From: Octopus vulgaris
Lineage: Eukaryota
Assembly: GCA_951406725.2 (NCBI GenBank)
Contig: OX597835.1
Coordinates: forward strand, 868,001 to 932,000
DNA: 64,000 nucleotides
Direction of reading: 5' to 3'
In this document: positions 13,981 to 26,689 of the stretch, piece after piece
Numbering within the stretch: position 1 is the first letter of the stretch
Layout: each line of letters begins with the position of its first letter
Program-made: the position numbers and the translations under genes
Notes under the pieces: generated by a model
What the model saw: only the letters and a program-made list of their open reading frames with translations
What the model was told of the DNA's origin: nothing
Database searches by the model: none

Positions 13981-14341
13981 GTATAATAACTAATAATAAC
14001 TCAGTAAGCTCCCACCCATCTCCTTCCCTCCAAATGTGTAAGTGTTTCAGATTATGCTTATCTCCTTATTTATATGTATGGGTGCCCACCCATGTGTCTA
14101 CAGTCCATGAAAGTATCTACTTGTGTGTGTGTGTGTGTGTGTGTGTGCATGAATATGTGTCCATGTATGAATGTGTATATAAGTATGTGTGTGTGAATAT
14201 ATATATTACATCTATGGGAGTGATTAATGTAAGAGTCTGTATGCAAGGTTCGAGCTAAGTAGAGATGTGTGCATATACATATATATGTATATATGTAAGC
14301 ACATATAGATACCTAAATATAGGTATGAATATACCCGTATA

Positions 14342-14705
14342 CCCAGTGGTTAGGGCAGCAGACTTGTGGTTGTGGGATAGTGGTTTCGATTCCCAGACCA
14401 GATGGTGTAAGTGTTTATTGAGCAGAAACATCTAAAGCTCCATGAGACTCCGGCGGGGTCATGGCAAACCCTGCTGTACTCTTTCACCACAACTTTCTCT
14501 CACTCATTCTTCCTGTTTCTGTTGTACCTGTAATTCAAAGGGCCAGCCTTGTCACACTCTGTGTCACACTGAATCTCTCCGAGAACTATGTTAAAGGTAC
14601 ATGTGTCTGTGGAGTGCTCAGCCACTTGCACGTTAATTTCACAAGCAGACTGTTCCGTTGATTGATCAACTGGAACCCTCATTGTTGTAACCAATGGAGT
14701 GCCAT
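14342..14705 (+). mobile_element. tRNA-derived SINE (family B-related)
   Basis: cagtggttagggcagcagac...gtttcgattcccagacc; reverse copy at 35658-36030. Confidence 0.8.
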
Positions 14706-15199
14706 GATGTATGTGTGTATACAGGCATATATACATAGATTTGTGTGGGGAGAGTATGTGTTAGTCTGTGTGTGTATGTATCCAAACACTGAATACTGAA
14801 GTCAGCTAATGAAATTCACATGTGCAGCCAACCATGAAGAACAGATCAGCAGTCAGCCGGTACCAAAATAGCCATCCACTACTATTCATAGCAGTCCACC
14901 AAATGCACTCTGGCAGCCCACATGAGTCTATCAGCTGCTACCAAATTCAAACTAAGACAGATGAGAGGGGATTCCTTTCTGTGAGCAAGGTGGAGGATTT
15001 TTTCTGCTTTTGAATATCTTATAACAATTTTTATCATATGTTTCTAGGTCCTTTTTCTTCATCTTAGCTTCGTGATGATGAGCTATCCACCTCATCCTCC
15101 TAACAAACTCATTAGTCTTACTATGAATTGTCACCTATCTGCTTTTTATTCACCTTACTTCGAGGGTTTGGCTGGGTGAAGAATTTCCTCTGGATTGGC

Positions 15200-15680
15200 C
15201 TGGTACTATATAAATCTAAAGGTGGAAAGCATGTCTGTGATAATTACCGTAGCATCTTTCTGTTAGCTGTTGCTGGAAAGGTCTTCTGTAGGGTAATGCT
15301 GGACAGATTGCTTCTGCACATTGCTGATGAGGTTCTACCAGAATTGCAATGTGGGTTTAGGGATAGTAGGAGCACTATGGCTATGATATTTTCAGCTAAA
15401 CATTTGCAAGAGAAGTGCATGGAACAGGATATGGACTTATACCAGGTTTTCATTGGCCTAACAAAAGCGTTTGGAGGTCTGAAAAGACATATTAAGAGCG
15501 TGCATATGGTGGCACATGTTTCTCCTGCCAGCCAGCACAGTTGTCCAGTATGTAATAAAATGTGTAATAGTTTGGCTGGGCTTAGAAGTCATATAAGGGC
15601 ATCACTCGACATCAGTAATGAATCATTTCAGTAAATTTTTTTGTCAATGGCTTTTCTTGTGTAATGAGGGTGCAGCTATG
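15200..15680 (+). mobile_element. Internally deleted RTE: N-terminal RT joined to C-terminal zinc fingers
   Basis: DNYRSIFLL...QCGFR...LTKAF runs directly into GGLKRHIKSVH...CPVCNKMCNSLAGLRSHIR. Confidence 0.75.
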
Positions 15681-15695
15681 ATGTATGTTTATATA

Positions 15696-15958
15696 TCATC
15701 ATCATCATCATCATCATCGTTTAGCGTCCGCTTTCCATGCTAGCATGGGTTGGACGGTTCAACTGGGGTCTGGGAAGCCAGAAGGCTGCACCAGGCCCAG
15801 TCTGATCTGGCAATGTTTCAACGGCTGGATGCCCTTCCTAACGCCAACCACTCCGTGAGTGTAGTGGGTGCTTTTTACGTGCCACTGGCACAGGTGCCAG
15901 ACAAGGCTGACAAACGGCCACGATCGGATGGTGCTTTTTACGTGTCACTGGCACGAAG
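15696..15958 (-). mobile_element. RTE 3' UTR fragment
   Basis: (ATC)n followed by cgtttagcgtccgctttccatgctagcatggg. Confidence 0.8.
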
Positions 15959-16341
15959 TTCTGGGCTCAATTTGTCTGACTAAAAAAATTCTTTTTTAAA
16001 AACCTTCAAGGTGGTGCCCCAGCATGGCCACAGCCAAATGACAAACAAGTAAAAGATAAGATATGGAAGTGGTGATTGACGATTTAAAGTCTGTTATCAG
16101 CACATTGGCACAGAAACAACTTTTCCCTTGCCCTTGCTTATAAGCTGTGTATATATATATATATATACATATACACATATGTACATATACATATATACAT
16201 GCACACATACACATATATACACACATGCACATTCACACACATATACATATATTTACATACACACACACACACACATATGTAAATGCATGTATAAACAAAT
16301 ATCTGTACGCATGCATGCTTTGATTTTCTTTGATTGTATAT

Positions 16342-16347
16342 TTTATT
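16342..16347 (-). promoter_or_regulatory. Candidate poly(A) signal of ATG4
   Basis: AATAAA on the minus strand about 1.1 kb downstream of the stop codon; not distinguishable from AT-rich background. Confidence 0.25.
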
Positions 16348-16815
16348 ATATAATAATTTTTTTTTTCCAATATATTCATTTTTACATTTTTTAATACATT
16401 TTGTTTTTTCTCTTTTTCAACGAGTACCCCTTGACATACAGGACAAATCTTAGCAGTGACAAAAGGCCTACACTTGTTAACCCACCCACACCCGTCCCAC
16501 TCCCCACCCACACGTGTACGTGTGTATATATATATATGTATATATATATATCTGTATATATAAATAATTTGTGTGTGTGTGTATATAGTCATTTTCTTAA
16601 TGTTTTACTTGATCCCCTTCAATCATACAGAGTAGTAAGTTGTAGTAGTAGTAGTTGTAGTAGTAGTTGTAGTGGTGGTGGTAGTGGTGGTGGTGGCAGC
16701 AATAGTAGCATCAATTACCTCCCTTTCTTCCCTTCCCCCTCGGTCTCTCTGCCTCACTCACTCCGCAGGCATTATAAAACTAAGTGGGCAGTTTTCTTGT
16801 ACATAGACATTCATT

Positions 16816-16847
<32 letters not shown>

Positions 16848-17106
16848 CATGTATATACACACACACACATACATGCATATACATAAATGCACATACATAT
16901 ATATATATAAACACGCATACATTCATATACATATATATATATGCATACATTTATATACATATATATATACACATACATATATATATATATATACATACAT
17001 ACATTTATATACATATATATATATACACACATATATATATATACATACATTTATATACATATATATATACACACATACATATATATATACATAGATTTAT
17101 ATACAC

Positions 17107-17137
<31 letters not shown>

Positions 17138-17344
17138 TATATATATATATACATACATACATATACATATATATATACACATACATTTATATACATATAT
17201 ATATACACACATACATTTATATACATATATATATATATACACATATAAACACATATATATATATATACATACAAAGATATATGTATGTGCACATGCACAT
17301 ACATAGATGTGAATATATAAGTATATCAGTACATACATGAATGT

Positions 17345-17381
<37 letters not shown>

Positions 17382-17447
17382 CATACACACACACAAACAA
17401 ACACATATATATATATATACAGCGCACATCAAATGAGTAGGGGAGGA

Positions 17448-18593
17448 TCAGCCAAGCAGTTCAAATTCGTCTTCGGTATCACAGAAATCAACATTGACGT
17501 AAACAGGTTTCGAGGTTCCACCAGCGGCCATGTATGCTTCAGGAGGCCAATGTTTGGGCCGGAGCTTATGAATTTCAAACATTGGTGTCTTGCTGACCAT
17601 ATTCTGCCGGAATGCTTCGCAAAGGTCATCAAATTCGTCTTCGGTCAAGCAGAAAAACCCCAGAGCAACGGAGGGGTCCAGATGATTCAGCTTCATACGG
17701 GAGGCATGGCAACAGTGGTAAGATTCGTCTCCTGTGGTGTTTGTTGACCCGATGTCAACGACAGGCTGGGTGGTGTGTGGGTCGAGGTAGATCAGTTCAT
17801 CCTCAAAAGTACCGATAAACCAATGAGCATGGTTCGGTTTCCCACCAATAATTCCTACTGATTGTTTTAATGACAGACACATCTTGAGACTGTTGAAGTA
17901 TAGAGAATTGATATCGGTCAGTCCGAGCCTGAGAGGAATAATCAGTAACAAGGGTGACCAACTGGACTCTTTTAATGATGAACCTGCTGTTAGTGGGGAA
18001 CTGTCGGAGATGGATTTAGATTCTAGCTGACCGTTATCACGATTGGCGGTGAAGTTCTTGCACAAAGTCCTGATGTCATCTTCTATGATGGTGTTGTCCA
18101 TGGCTACATGGGTGACGATGGCGCTCCATTCATCATATACAGACAGCTTCTTTAAGACTTGAGCTATAGTGTTTGGACCAAACCAACTTCCAACCGTTTT
18201 ACCTTCAGATACGCCCATTGAGGCGATTTGATGTATTGAATAATAAGATGTACGTTTATCCTGGAAGAGGCTCAGTACCTTTCGGTAGACAGGGTCGTTG
18301 AGGGAGTCCTTGGACCATTGCCAGTCTCTACCAAGATGCCTAATCACGAGGCACTGAGCCATCATCATCTGTCCACACCTCAACATACATCCCCATCCAG
18401 TATCTGTCGTTGGGCCAGTTCCACCAATTGGACTAAAGTTTTTCCTATAAGTTATCCATATCTGAGACAAAATGTCTGCTCTCAATTCATCCAAATCATA
18501 AAACGTGCTGTAAGCCTTACCAAGAATATGTACTGGTTCGTCTGTCTGTGGGAAATCAACAAGCTCAGCAGGACCGCTCTCGTATGTCAGACA
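17448..18593 (-). CDS. ATG4B: Autophagy cysteine protease ATG4 (ATG4A/B group, peptidase C54); main coding block lacking only the first few residues
   Basis: The frame stays open upstream of the called ORF: CLTYESGPAELVDFPQTDEPVHILGKAY..., then IWITYRKNF, DTGWGCMLRCGQM (catalytic Cys), SWFGP, GGKPNHAHWF, YLDPH (Asp/His), LDPSVALGF and C-terminal LIR DEFELL; TGA at 17450-17448; AG at 18595-18594 (part of an in-frame TAG) is a candidate phase-0 acceptor. Confidence 0.95.
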   Translation of the reverse strand, partial: CLTYESGPAELVDFPQTDEPVHILGKAYSTFYDLDELRADILSQIWITYRKNFSPIGGTGPTTDTGWGCMLRCGQMMMAQCLVIRHLGRDWQWSKDSLNDPVYRKVLSLFQDKRTSYYSIHQIASMGVSEGKTVGSWFGPNTIAQVLKKLSVYDEWSAIVTHVAMDNTIIEDDIRTLCKNFTANRDNGQLESKSISDSSPLTAGSSLKESSWSPLLLIIPLRLGLTDINSLYFNSLKMCLSLKQSVGIIGGKPNHAHWFIGTFEDELIYLDPHTTQPVVDIGSTNTTGDESYHCCHASRMKLNHLDPSVALGFFCLTEDEFDDLCEAFRQNMVSKTPMFEIHKLRPKHWPPEAYMAAGGTSKPVYVNVDFCDTEDEFELLG

Positions 18594-18642
18594 CTATGCT
18601 ATATATATATATATATATATATTTTATTTATTATATAGAAGG

Positions 18643-18693
18643 AGCTTCTACAGGACTAGAACTGTTTCATTCAAGAGAAATCATCAGGAAGCT
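18643..18693 (-). ncRNA. Type I hammerhead ribozyme motif, sense to ATG4
   Basis: agcuuc-CUGAUGA-uuucucuugaau-GAAAC-ag..cu-GUA-gaagcu: 6-bp stem I, intact core, stem III; U-U mismatch at the base of stem II. Confidence 0.75.
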
Positions 18694-18962
18694 AGTTAAC
18701 AAGAATTGTTTTGGCATTTATACATTTAGGCAGGTTTAAAGGGGTGGTGGTGGGGGACTTTTTGGGGGTAGGCATAGCGCAAAAATATCATACTTAGGGG
18801 AGTGGTCAAGGAGTCAGTGGTAAATTAGATAAAAGAATAAATAAAAGAATAAAAAAATAAATAGAAGAATAGAGTTTTAGGTAAATAAGGAGATTCTCAC
18901 TTATACATATACACATATGTATATATACACACACACACACACATATACATACACACACATAT

Positions 18963-19016
<54 letters not shown>

Positions 19017-19116
19017 ATATACACACGCCCACACATACATATACACACAGATATATACATACACACACATACACACACATATATACATACACACATGCAC
19101 ACACATGTCCATATAT

Positions 19117-19174
<58 letters not shown>

Positions 19175-19617
19175 GTGTACCTATACATACCTACACATAC
19201 ACACATATACATACACATACAAACCCATTCCCTTATTTTAATTTTAGGTATATATATAGGTATATATATATAGGTATATATATGTGTAAGTTTATATGTA
19301 TGTATCCGTCTGTATAATAGGTAACTGCACGTATATATACTTAATATTTATTATTTATTTTTTGAGTATGCATGTATGTATATGAATAACTGCATGTATA
19401 TATATTTTATTATTTATTTTTTGAGTATGCATGTAAGTATATGAACATAAGGAGGCGCGTGTGTGTGTGTGTATGTGTAAGCATATGTATAGATATATGT
19501 ATACTTTTACGCATGTATGTACTTATGTGTATATATGGATGCGCGTGTGTGTGTGTGTGTATGTGTACGCATGTATATGTGTATGTGTGTGTGTGTATAT
19601 ATATATATATGTATATG

Positions 19618-19668
<51 letters not shown>

Positions 19669-20251
19669 ATATGTCTGTGTGTGTGTGTATGCGTGTATAT
19701 ATATGTATATGTATATGTGTGGGTGTGTGTATGTGTATATATGTATGTATGTATAGGTGTATGTATATGTATGTATATATACGTATATATGTATGTGTAT
19801 GTGTATGTATTTGTATGTAGGTGTATATGTATATGTGTATATATATTTATTGGTGTATATGTATGGACTAGTCTTCTGTGGGTGTATTGAGGTATGTATG
19901 TGTAAGCGTGTAGACATGAATCTGTAGGTACGCGTACGTATGTGTATATATGTGAATGTACGTAGATGTATGTATGTATGAATATAACGCGTGCGTGCGT
20001 GTATGTGTATGAGTGTACGAATGAGTGTGTGTGCGTGCGAATGAGTGTGCGTGCGTGAGTGAGTGCTTGTGTTCGAGTAGAAAGATAAATGGACTTGCTG
20101 TCGTCCCCAGGGGGACGATAGCCAAGATGCTTGTGACCTCGGTCAAAGATAACAAAAGTAATAAATGAAAATAATAATAAAATTAAAATAAGGGAATGGG
20201 TTTGTATGTGTATGTATATGTGTGTATGTGTAGGTATGTATAGGTACACAT

Positions 20252-20282
<31 letters not shown>

Positions 20283-20381
20283 TATATATGGACATGTGTG
20301 TGCATGTGTGTATGTATATATGTGTGTGTATGTGTGTATGTGTATGTGTGTGTATATGTATGTGTGGGCATGTGTGTATAT

Positions 20382-20435
<54 letters not shown>

Positions 20436-20709
20436 ATATATGTGTGTATGTGTATGTGTGTGTGTGTGTGTGTGTATATATATACATATGTGTATATGTA
20501 TAAGTGAGAATCTCCTTATTTACCTAAAACTCTATTCTTCTATTTATTTTTTAATTCTTTATTTATTCTTTTATCTAATTTACCACTGACTCCTTGACCA
20601 CTCCCCTAAGTATGATATTTTTGTGCTATGCCTACCCCCAAAAAGTCCCCCACCACCACCCCTTTAAACCTGCCTAAATGTATAAATGCCAAAACAATTC
20701 TTGTTAACT

Positions 20710-20760
20710 AGCTTCCTGATGATTTCTCTTGAATGAAACAGTTCTAGTCCTGTAGAAGCT
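20710..20760 (+). ncRNA. Type I hammerhead ribozyme motif, identical inverted copy
   Basis: agcttc CTGATGA tttctcttgaat GAAAC agttctagtcct GTA gaagct. Confidence 0.75.
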
Positions 20761-20843
20761 CCTTCTATATAATAAATTAATTTTACTCTGCTATGTATTG
20801 AGTACCTTATTTACTGTGGTTAACCCCGAATCAACCCGGGACC

Positions 20844-20912
<69 letters not shown>

Positions 20913-20940
20913 GAGAAAGAAGCAACAAGAATGGATTAGT

Positions 20941-21031
20941 TTTTAGTACAATTGTTTCATACAAAGACAGGCTTTATTACAAGTTGCAAAAATTGCAGCA
21001 GATAAAAGTGTCCCGTACTCATCAGCTAAAA
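20941..21031 (-). ncRNA. Type I hammerhead ribozyme with long stem II insert and palindromic minimal stem III
   Basis: uuuuag-CUGAUGA-guac...guau-GAAAC-aauu-GUA-cuaaaa; fully canonical core; in a ~290-bp piece (20911-21200) bounded by (TA)n. Confidence 0.8.
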
Positions 21032-21197
21032 TACATATGAGTTCTCTAGGCATCTTAGTGGGTGAGGTTATACTCATGAAATATTGGAGATAATTCCATT
21101 AGAGGCAGATATAGGTTGTAAACAGTTTTCCAAAGTTCCTTAATGATGATGCACAGTCTTATCACAGATTTTTAAAAACTTATTAGTTTTGAAGAGA

Positions 21198-22365
<1,168 letters not shown>

Positions 22366-22444
22366 ATATATATATATTTTTTTTATATATACATATATAT
22401 GTGTATGTATATATATATGCATATATATATATATGCATATATTA

Positions 22445-22700
22445 ACAGTAAATTGACTAATTCGTGGGAATGATGTAAGATCCAGAAAAGGAAGAGATGA
22501 AGAGAAAATATAGATTCTCACCAAGAGAAGAGCTGCTTCCAACAAAAGAAACATTGCAACAATGAGTCCAAACAAAACGTCAAAGAATACAAAGATTTGA
22601 AAAGAGAAACAAGTTTTACAAGCAAAATAAGTTGTTTGCATTCAACGTGAAAACATTCTACAGAGAAATATGGAAGGAAAAAATAACCGTTGAAGATTCC
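22445..22700 (+). mobile_element. Dong/R4-like LINE fragment
   Basis: Translates to ...[17 protein letters not shown], typical of the pre-RT region of this clade. Confidence 0.5.
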
Positions 22701-24089
22701 CCTTAATTTGTCAAGTTTAAATGTTTCACGTTCTCTATTTATGATTCCGACATATGTGACGAAACCTGTTTCTTAAAAGTTTTGTTACCTTGGATTAGGA
22801 AGCATTATGATGCAAATCATGTTATGTTTGTACAAGACTCCGTACTCGCCCATTCTTTGAAAAGTGCAAGAATTTTTGAAGAAGGAATTGCCTGTGTTTG
22901 CTCCTAAAGATATCTGGCTCTCTGGAGCTCACCAGATCGGAATCTGTGTGATTTTTTACTATGGGGCACAGCTGAAGAAAAGTTAAGGCATGTGCATCAT
23001 TTTGTAAATGGATTGAACTGGTTAAGAAAGCCAATGGCAGTCACATTGAACTGAAATAAGAGCTAAACACTCCACAATGAATTGGCATAAACATAACATT
23101 TGCAATGTTTCATCTTTCCAAATTATACCAATTATAATAAAGATATTTAAATGGCCCCAATTGACCAGTTACACCCTGTATATGTATGTGTGTATTTTAA
23201 TTTTTTTAATTTTGTTAAATTTTAAAAATTTTAATAAATTTACTTTTGTCTTTAATTTTTAGATTTTAATTTTTAATCCATAATTTTTTAATGTTTTAAT
23301 TTTTTACTATTTTTTAAAATTTAATTAAATTTAAAATTATATTAGGTTTCAATTTTATTTGGTTATTAAAATAACTCTATTTGATTTGATTTTGATTTTT
23401 AATCTCACATTTTTGGCACAATCTCTATTCGCTACCCACTCTTACCAAGGCTTTCTCTACCTTCCCATAATAATTACTGCTGATTTTTCATTCATTTTTT
23501 TCAAATACAATTCACTTCCAATGTGAGAGAGTATGAATGACCAAACATTAAAGAATTAAGTAGACCATTAGAGTTGCCTATATCACATTTCAACAAGATA
23601 TAAAGGAATAGTGTTTGACCTGAAAACAATGCAGTTTTTCTTTTGAGTGTGTGTGATGACTCAATTACAAACACTAATGTTTTTATGACTGTCCCTTCCT
23701 TAATTTTGACCATCCTCTTCCCTTCTTCTATTCTCTATTCTTTCTATTCCTTCCTCTCCACCTTTCTTTTCTTCTCTTCCTTTTAGTCCTTCTTCCCCAA
23801 ATCATCACTTCTCTTCCCCTGTCTCCCTTTCACTTACCTTATAGTACACTTATTGCCTCTCTTCACTCCCCCTCCTCATGCCTGTACCTTTTTTTTTAGT
23901 GTTCTGCTTGCTTATAACCAGAAATGAGTCTGATGAAAGTTGCATTAATTCTCAAGGTTATTCGATTTTTCTCAGTCGATCAATGGGCCAATTGAGTAAA
24001 CTTATCAATAATGAGCCAATAATGACTACCAGAAACAGCTGTAAGTCAAATTTATTACAATAAAGAAATATGTTATTACCATTATTTAT

Positions 24090-24320
24090 GCCTTGTGACC
24101 TCGTGAGTACTGTTGGTGATTTTTTTTCCTCTGTCTTCCCTTCTCGGGATCTTTCCTTCTCCTATGTTTCCGACAAAGAGCTCCGCTCGAAACGTTAAAC
24201 CCTCCTTCTTCCCTTCTTCCCTTCTTTCCTGAGCGTCCAATAATACTTTATTTGTTCCACGTCTTCGCGTTGTTGTGTTTTTTTTGTTTTTTGTGTTTTC
24301 TTGTTTGGATTAACTTTATA
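24090..24320 (+). mobile_element. Penelope-type terminal fragment with degenerate minimal hammerhead (24166-24200)
   Basis: Reverse complement of 37945-38165; gttt CCGACAAA gag ctccg ctc GAAAC GTT aaac. Confidence 0.6.
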
Positions 24321-25321
24321 TATATATATATATGGCAGCTGTATCATTATTGCCCCTTCTCTTCATTTCCATAAACATTTCTTATAAAATACACATTATT
24401 TCCAAACTCAAAAGTCCACATGGGAAATCTTGGCCGGTAAAATGTAACAAAGAGAAGTACAACTTCTTAATGCATGTTACTGCTGCGTGCTAGCTTTTAT
24501 ATTAAGTGGTAATGTTATAGATTCTTTTTCAGTCTCCTCATTAAACTGGCAGCCATTTTGACTATCAGGTTTATGTGATCTTGTGCTCGGTGGACCTGTT
24601 AAAACAGATGGCATGAAATAATGGACAGCACAAACTCTTTGTTTTCACCTTCATTCATTTCCAATGCAGTATTTGTTTTATAATTCATTGACCAGTTGTT
24701 TCTATAATCTAGATGTACTTTGTTATTGATTTCTTTCCTTTCTTTAATTAGGCTCAAGGACAGCCATTTTTCTTTTCTTTTCTTTTGTAGAAGAGGACAG
24801 TCTGTTCAAAATCTGTCTCACTGCTTCTCCAGTATATTTCTGTTTTGTCTTTTTCTTTTTGTTATCTTTTTTCATTTTATCTGCTTGGCTGCAGTGCAGT
24901 TTCAACTTGGAACAAAGATACAATAGAACGAAATAGAGGAGTACATTTATTTCCAGGGTTGATAGTCACATCTTATATGCAATGTGGATGTGAATGGAAT
25001 TATGACAGAAATAAAACCAGGTTTGACTTGGTGCTAAACAACAGCCACAGTAACATGTTCACGTAGAGTGTCATGTTGGCAGCTGAGTTAAGTCTTTTGA
25101 TACTGAACAGATACAAAACAAAAGAGGTTAATGCTTCTACCAAAGCGTTCCCATATATTTATTTACCCAATAACAGAATAAAAACAGACTGATTCTTGCT
25201 TACTTCATGCAAAAAGAAATATGAGAATTTGGTTTACATCACGATTTGTGACTGAACATTTTGTTTATGGCAGACTTACTGCAGAGGAAAAACAATACTT
25301 CAAATTTTGGATTTTATACAT

Positions 25322-25546
25322 TTCTTATTTCTTTACTACCCACAAGGGGCTACACACAGAGGGGACAAACAAGGACAGATAAATGGATTAAGTCAATTAC
25401 ATCGACCCCTGTGAGTAACAGGTACTTATTTAATCGACCCCGAAAGGGTGAAAGGCTAAGTCGACCTCAGCAGAATTTGAACTCAGAACGTAGCGGCAGA
25501 CAAAATACCACTAAGCATTTCGCCTGGTGTGCTAACGTCTCTGCCT
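25322..25546 (-). mobile_element. tRNA-derived SINE with Nin/Deu-like central motif
   Basis: Minus strand B box gagttcaaattc followed by gcctttcaccctttcggggtcgat; truncated copy at 61010-61140. Confidence 0.7.
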
Positions 25547-25817
25547 AATTTTATACATTTCTTGTCATCATATTTGAACACTGAAGTTCATTTAATTATT
25601 TGATCCGTTTGGTATCAACCCATGAGACCACCCCTAGTTGTATAATATGAATTCTCAATTTTAAAGTGATTTAAATTAAAAACTTCTAACAAAATATCAT
25701 GTTAATTTATGTTCCAAACACCAGCTTAAAAATGCCAGGAATTTTAATAAGTTCTTCATTATACTAAAAATTAATTAAGACAAAGGTGGCATATTTCAAG
25801 AGAAATATGGTAATGAA

Positions 25818-25866
25818 TCTCTCTATATATAAACGGCAGTTTGTCTGTGCGGGGCGATACTGCTAG
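25818..25866 (+). mobile_element. 49-bp Helitron deletion derivative
   Basis: a|TCtctctatatataaacggcagtttgtctgtgc joined to ggggcgatactgCTAG|t, matching both termini of the 45428-45809 element. Confidence 0.7.
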
Positions 25867-26174
25867 TGGGTTAATAAAACAATAAATCTAAGCATAAATT
25901 AAGCAGGTCTTCTGGGCATGTGTATGTGTGTGTATGTATGTGTGTGTGTATGTGTGTGTGTTTGTATGTATGTGTGTATATAATATGGTTTATTTTATTT
26001 AAGCTGAAATCTGGAATAAGCTATTAAGGTAGTAGTAAATGAAAATAGCCATCTATATATCACAATATATATATATATATAATATATATATATATGTAAA
26101 AGTTAAAAAAATACACAAACTGGGACAAGAACGTGAAACATTTAGAAGACGACAAAAAAACCACAAAAAAACAC

Positions 26175-26210
26175 AGACGGGACTTTCGAAGCTCTCAGTC
26201 ATCAGTCAAG
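26175..26210 (-). ncRNA. Degenerate hammerhead-like motif in a Penelope-type fragment
   Basis: Minus strand CTGATGA ctgagagcttc GAAA gtcccgtc; stems imperfect. Confidence 0.4.
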
Positions 26211-26244
26211 AACCAGATCATCTTTGCAATTTCGGCTGATTAAT

Positions 26245-26285
<41 letters not shown>

Positions 26286-26377
26286 TAGCAGAGATACCTT
26301 TTATCAATTCAATAATGAAAAATTAAATTATACCATTTATATATATATAAACAATTGCAGCGTGGAAGGTGTTTGTA

Positions 26378-26603
26378 AGCCACTTAAGAAACACACAAAA
26401 CACCTTTAGATTCACTTCAACATTTAAATTTAATTTGTCAAAATATTTTTGTCGCTTTGAGACCGCGACCTGTTCACTGACAAAACTTCTTGCAGCACAA
26501 AGTTTTGTCAGGTCACGGTCTCAAAGAGACAAAAATATTTTGACAAATTAAATTTAAATGTTGAAGTGAATCTAAAGGTGTTTTGTGTGTTTCTTAAATG
26601 GCT
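26378..26603. repeat. Fold-back palindrome with ~105-bp arms
   Basis: agccacttaagaaacacac...tgacaaaactt versus aagttttgtca...gtgtgtttcttaaatggct. Confidence 0.9.
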
Positions 26604-26689
26604 AGTGAGTTAGTAGAGCATGAAACTGTTTAGTGGATAACCAACTGACTGAGACTGTGGATATTGTCATTCCTTTTATATTTCATCTT

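Larger units (their letters stand above)
18626..20845. mobile_element. Non-autonomous Penelope-like insertion with inverted duplication (arms 18626-19246 and 20178-20777)
   Basis: Arms are reverse complements apart from about 2 substitutions and microsatellite length; each carries a hammerhead motif; element sits in (TA)n. Confidence 0.75.

Noticed and set aside
18492-18494. TTG start called for ATG4 in the ORF track
   Set aside because: ATG4 homology continues 33 codons further upstream to 18593; the TTG is an internal Leu.
18594-18600. A-to-I recoding of the in-frame TAG to restore a longer N-terminus
   Set aside because: Only TA repeats and no nearby ATG lie upstream; use of the AG as a splice acceptor is simpler, and nothing in the DNA supports editing at this site.
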